A stretch of 64,000 nt of DNA from NCBI GenBank assembly GCA_002104945.1, contig MCFH01000009.1, forward strand, positions 682,001-746,000, in the 5' to 3' direction. The notes under the pieces were generated by a model that did no database searches, was not told where the DNA came from, and saw only the letters and a list, made by a program, of their open reading frames with translations. The position numbers and the translations under genes are program-made. Source of the DNA: Piromyces finnis finn (lineage: Eukaryota; Fungi; Neocallimastigomycota). Below, piece by piece: positions 60,089 through 64,000 of this stretch (position 1 is its first letter; every line of letters begins with the position of its first letter).

Positions 60089-63000
60089 TTAAAGTTTTAA
60101 ATATTCAACTACTTGATCTATTAAATCTGCCTTCTTTTTTGCAGGTTTAATATTTACACCACTTAAGAAATTCTTTAATTCTACCACAGTATAAGATTTT
60201 AGCTTTGTATTATATAATAATATATATATATTAATATATAATTTACAAAAATAAATATTATATAAATAAATAGTATGTATGTTTTTGTTATAGATATTTA
60301 CATTATCAGCTGATGTAACCTTTAATATATCACCCTTTTCACTACATTGCTTCTTTCTTTGAGTATTATTATTATTATCCTACATACATAAATAGATATA
60401 AATATTAATTTTCGAAAACAGCACTTTTAATTTTAATAATATATTTATTATTACATTATTTTTTCTTTTGACATCTTTCACTGGTGTTTTATTCTGTAAT
60501 TGTAAATGAGTTTTAACAGAGCTAATCAATTCTTCAATATTACTATCCATTTTATATTTAAATACAGTATCATCTATTTTTTTGAGATATATATATATTA
60601 ATATTATAAAATTTTGATTATTTTTTTGCAATTTATAGTAATGTACCTTGAATATCTTCCATTTCATCTCTGTTTAATGCAATAGTTTGTAAATTTAAAT
60701 AAAATTTTTGAAGATCTATACAATATAATAATAACTTAAATTATTAGCAATATAAATTTATTATAAAAATTATAATGAAAATATATACATGGATTATTTA
60801 TCGATTTTGGGTTATAGCCTTCTTCATTATTAATATTATTAATGACTTTTCCTATTGATATATCTAATTCTTCTGATGCTATAAAAATATTATAAATATT
60901 TATTGTTTTAATTTCATTATTTCTTTCATTATTTCTACTTAATATTAAAAAATATTTTTACCTCTATCACAAGCACTATTTTTAACATCCCTTATATCAT
61001 CTGCAAATGGCAAAGGAATGACACTGAATCCAGGTGGTGAAATTTGAACATTATTTTTATCTCTCTTTTCCATCTTATTTTATATTAATTATTAATTAAG
61101 ATACCAATTTCAGTTTTTTTTATTAATTAACTTAACTAAATACCTGCGGTAATAATGCAACAAGTCTTGGTGAACTATTTGATCTAGGAATAAAATTACA
61201 TATTGCAATTTTTTCCATTTTATTCATAGTATTTAAAAGATGAGCAAATACTGAATAACTACCTACATATTGCTTTATGATGATAACATAAATATAATTA
61301 TTATTATTATTGTTGTTGTTGTTAATATAACAATTTAAACGTTTTATATCACACTAGTAAAACATTTACACTTTCATCTGGATATATAAAATATGGATGC
61401 TTAATATTATACTGAAACTTCAATTTTGACTTGGGTTTAAAACCTAATAAAGTTAAACCTTTGAAATAAAATAATATTAAAAAAATTTAAATAACATAGC
61501 AAAAGAATATTAATAAATTATTATATTCGTCATATTATATATATAATATTATTACCTGGTTTTCCAAAGTTTCTTATTTTAAAAAGCTCATCTTTTGTAA
61601 ACACTACCTATTTGTTATCAATATTAACAATTTTTAAATAATGAATAAATTTTATAAATTTATTCTTACAAAAAAAAAATAAATTAAATTAAATAATAAA
61701 ATAAAAATTACTAATTTGCCACCATAAATATAAGAATATTTAAAGTCTGATGGAAATAACGGTTGAGTTGTATCGTGGCATATCCAAGTCGTCGATAAAT
61801 CTGCTACCTTTCCTGATTTATCATCTACCCAAATATAACTATTCTTTTTTTGCTCTGATACTATATTAAATCTTAATTATTGATATTATAAATGAATATA
61901 TACATATATAAAGAATATAATAAATATGGGGAATTAAAAAGAATACCCTTCTATTCCTATTGCTAAATTTTCCGATATATTAAATGGGATTCTAAATAAT
62001 GATCTCTTTTTAATTTCTTTTTGATGAATTTTTGTTACTAATTGATCTAGTCTTTTTGATATGTCTTGTGACACCATTGTTAAATATTCTTCATTATCTG
62101 CATATAGTGATTCAAAAAAATCCTTATTTTATAAAATATATTAATCTTTTATTTCTTGATTTTTAAAATATATTTAATATTTCTAAGGTATTTACTTTAT
62201 AAAATATATTAAAATCAAAGGGTTTTTCAGCATTATATAAAAAGAATGGTTCAACTAAAATTTTTAAAAAGGAAAAATCCTTTAAATTTAAAGGTTTTGA
62301 AAGTCAACATTTCGAATTTTGAAATATATTGGGGAGGAAAAAAAATACATATTTAAGAAATATGAAGATATATTTTATTACATTTATAATATTGAAAATT
62401 GTTTTATTTTCTTTTGATAAACTATCAGGTATTGGATTGTCTTGATTTGTAAATAATAATACTTTCTTAGAATCTACAGTTTTAATGCTAAAAAATTAAT
62501 ATTAATTTTAATATATAAATTGCTAAATAAAAAAATATTATATTATTATTTCAATAAAATACTTTTCTGAAAACATTTGAGATATAGTTAACAACATTTC
62601 TGAAAAATTAACTTGATTACTTGAACCTATTGAACTTTCAAATAAGTCGTTATCTATTTATATTGTAAATATAAAAATGAAAATAAAAAAAAAAAAAAAA
62701 ATTAAATACTAAAAAATTATAGCAATCATTTTTCTATAATTTCATACTTTTTTCTATTTCCTCTAAATCTAAAATAGTTTGTGAATCTGGTACATCAATA
62801 TTTTTATAAATATAAATGTTTTTGTAATCATGTGCGTTTTTATTTTTATCCTTCAAAATATAATAAGATCAATTAATTGCTATTTAATAAATATAACAAG
62901 TTTTTCCATAATAGAAATTTAGAATATATAAACTTACAGTTGAAAAGAATAAAATTCCAATAAAATCATTATGATTTTGTATGATATATTTTTCTAAAAA

Positions 63001-63284
63001 ATTAATAGTTGCTTTTAAAGAAAATTTAAATGGATAAATATCTTCATCTTTCTGAAACATTGAGGTTGAACAATCTATCGCAAATAATAATGCTTCTCTA
63101 TTAATAAAATCATGAACCTATATATTTAATATATATAATATACATACAATGTTAATAATATATTATATGAAATATAAATAATTTAAAAATATGTTAATGA
63201 TAATTTTATTAGTACATTATCATTATCATTTTCCTCATTTTCTTCAATAAAATCAATATCAAAAAGACTTTCGTGTGTATTCAT
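60089..63284 (-). CDS. KU70: Ku70 (XRCC6) DNA end-binding protein with C-terminal SAP domain; many exons
   Basis: REALLFAIDCSTSM (vWA), KRSLFRIPF, LLGFKPKSKLK...YFIYPDE, PRLVALLPQ, PPGFSVIPLPFADDIR, and SAP-like LKSYTVVELKNFL...KKKADLI; stop at 60091-60089. Confidence 0.9.
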
Positions 63285-63721
63285 TATCCTAATTTTAAAT
63301 ATAAGTTTTTTTAAAATAATTATAAAAAGGTATATTCTATATAAATAAAATCCTAACCATTATTTTTTTAATTATAAATTATAAATTAAATTTATTTTCA
63401 ATTTATAAAAACCAAAAAAAAAAAAATATTATTTAATTACATTTTTTCTTTATTTAAAGTTTTAAAGTATATAGAATAATATTTATTTAATAAAGATAAT
63501 AAAATGATAAAATATTAATTTTTTCTAAAGATATTGTGTAATAAATGTTATTTTTTTTATTAATAACTCCCATATTGTATATCGTCTTTTTATTTTTTAA
63601 TAATATAGATAATAAATTATTATATTTTATATTTACTTATATACTAAACAAGCTGAAAAAAAAAACTAAAACAAAAGTATTAATAAACATATACTAAAAA
63701 AAAAAAAGAAAAAAAGAAAAA

Positions 63722-64000
63722 TCATATTTTAATGCTTTTTTTCGATAAAATATAATTTGTGTATGAATTAAAGAATAAGCTATTAATAACTTCTTTATAA
63801 GCATCATCAAATAAACATTTTAATTTTTCTCTGAAATCATGTTGATCTAAATCGTTGTTCTTTATATCTTTTAAATTAATTATGATATTTCGCCTAACTT
63901 TATCACCAATGTTAACTTCAAATTTTCCATCATCTAAAATAAAATCTTCCATAATATCGTTAGCTTTTTTTAATAAGATTTCGTTTTTTGTAATTTTCCT
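63722..64000 (-). CDS. C-terminal part of an RGS-domain protein (gene starts beyond the window)
   Basis: The frame is open to the window edge: KANDIMEDFILDDGKFEVNIGDKVRRNI...LFDDAYKEVINSLFFNSYTNYILS matches the RGS pattern I..xFI...EVNI...R..I...FD.A..EV..L..NSY. Confidence 0.75.
   Translation of the reverse strand, partial: RKITKNEILLKKANDIMEDFILDDGKFEVNIGDKVRRNIIINLKDIKNNDLDQHDFREKLKCLFDDAYKEVINSLFFNSYTNYILSKKSIKI

Overview
Eukaryotic, extremely AT-rich (roughly 80% A+T by eye), intron-rich genomic DNA. It has short GT-AG introns, long (AAT)n and (TTTA)n microsatellites and Asn/Lys-rich proteins. Composition and gene content point to an anaerobic gut fungus (Neocallimastigomycota); this is an inference. 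I hand-spliced about 17 genes or gene fragments: a tandem pair of secreted CotH-kinase + 3xCBM18 genes, RRP43, a ~1000-aa disordered/coiled-coil orphan, an S8 subtilase, MMM1, a SAYSvFN (SAYSD1-like) protein, eIF4E, a candidate sororin, a UPF0193/EVG1 protein, a Caprin-like protein, a short coiled-coil ORF, PA28gamma-like, a very large StuA/Efg1-type APSES factor, alkaline ceramidase, cytosolic aspartate aminotransferase, MINDY1/2 DUB, Ku70 and the 3' end of an RGS-domain gene. I saw no tRNA, rRNA, CRISPR array or intact transposon. The most interesting items are the chitin-targeted, dockerin-free CotH kinase pair and the unannotated-looking sororin candidate, whose diagnostic C-terminus sits in a small exon missing from the ORF track. 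Several genes absent from budding yeast (SAYSD1, PA28, EVG1, Caprin-like) are also present. All homology calls come from motif recognition by eye; no database search was run.
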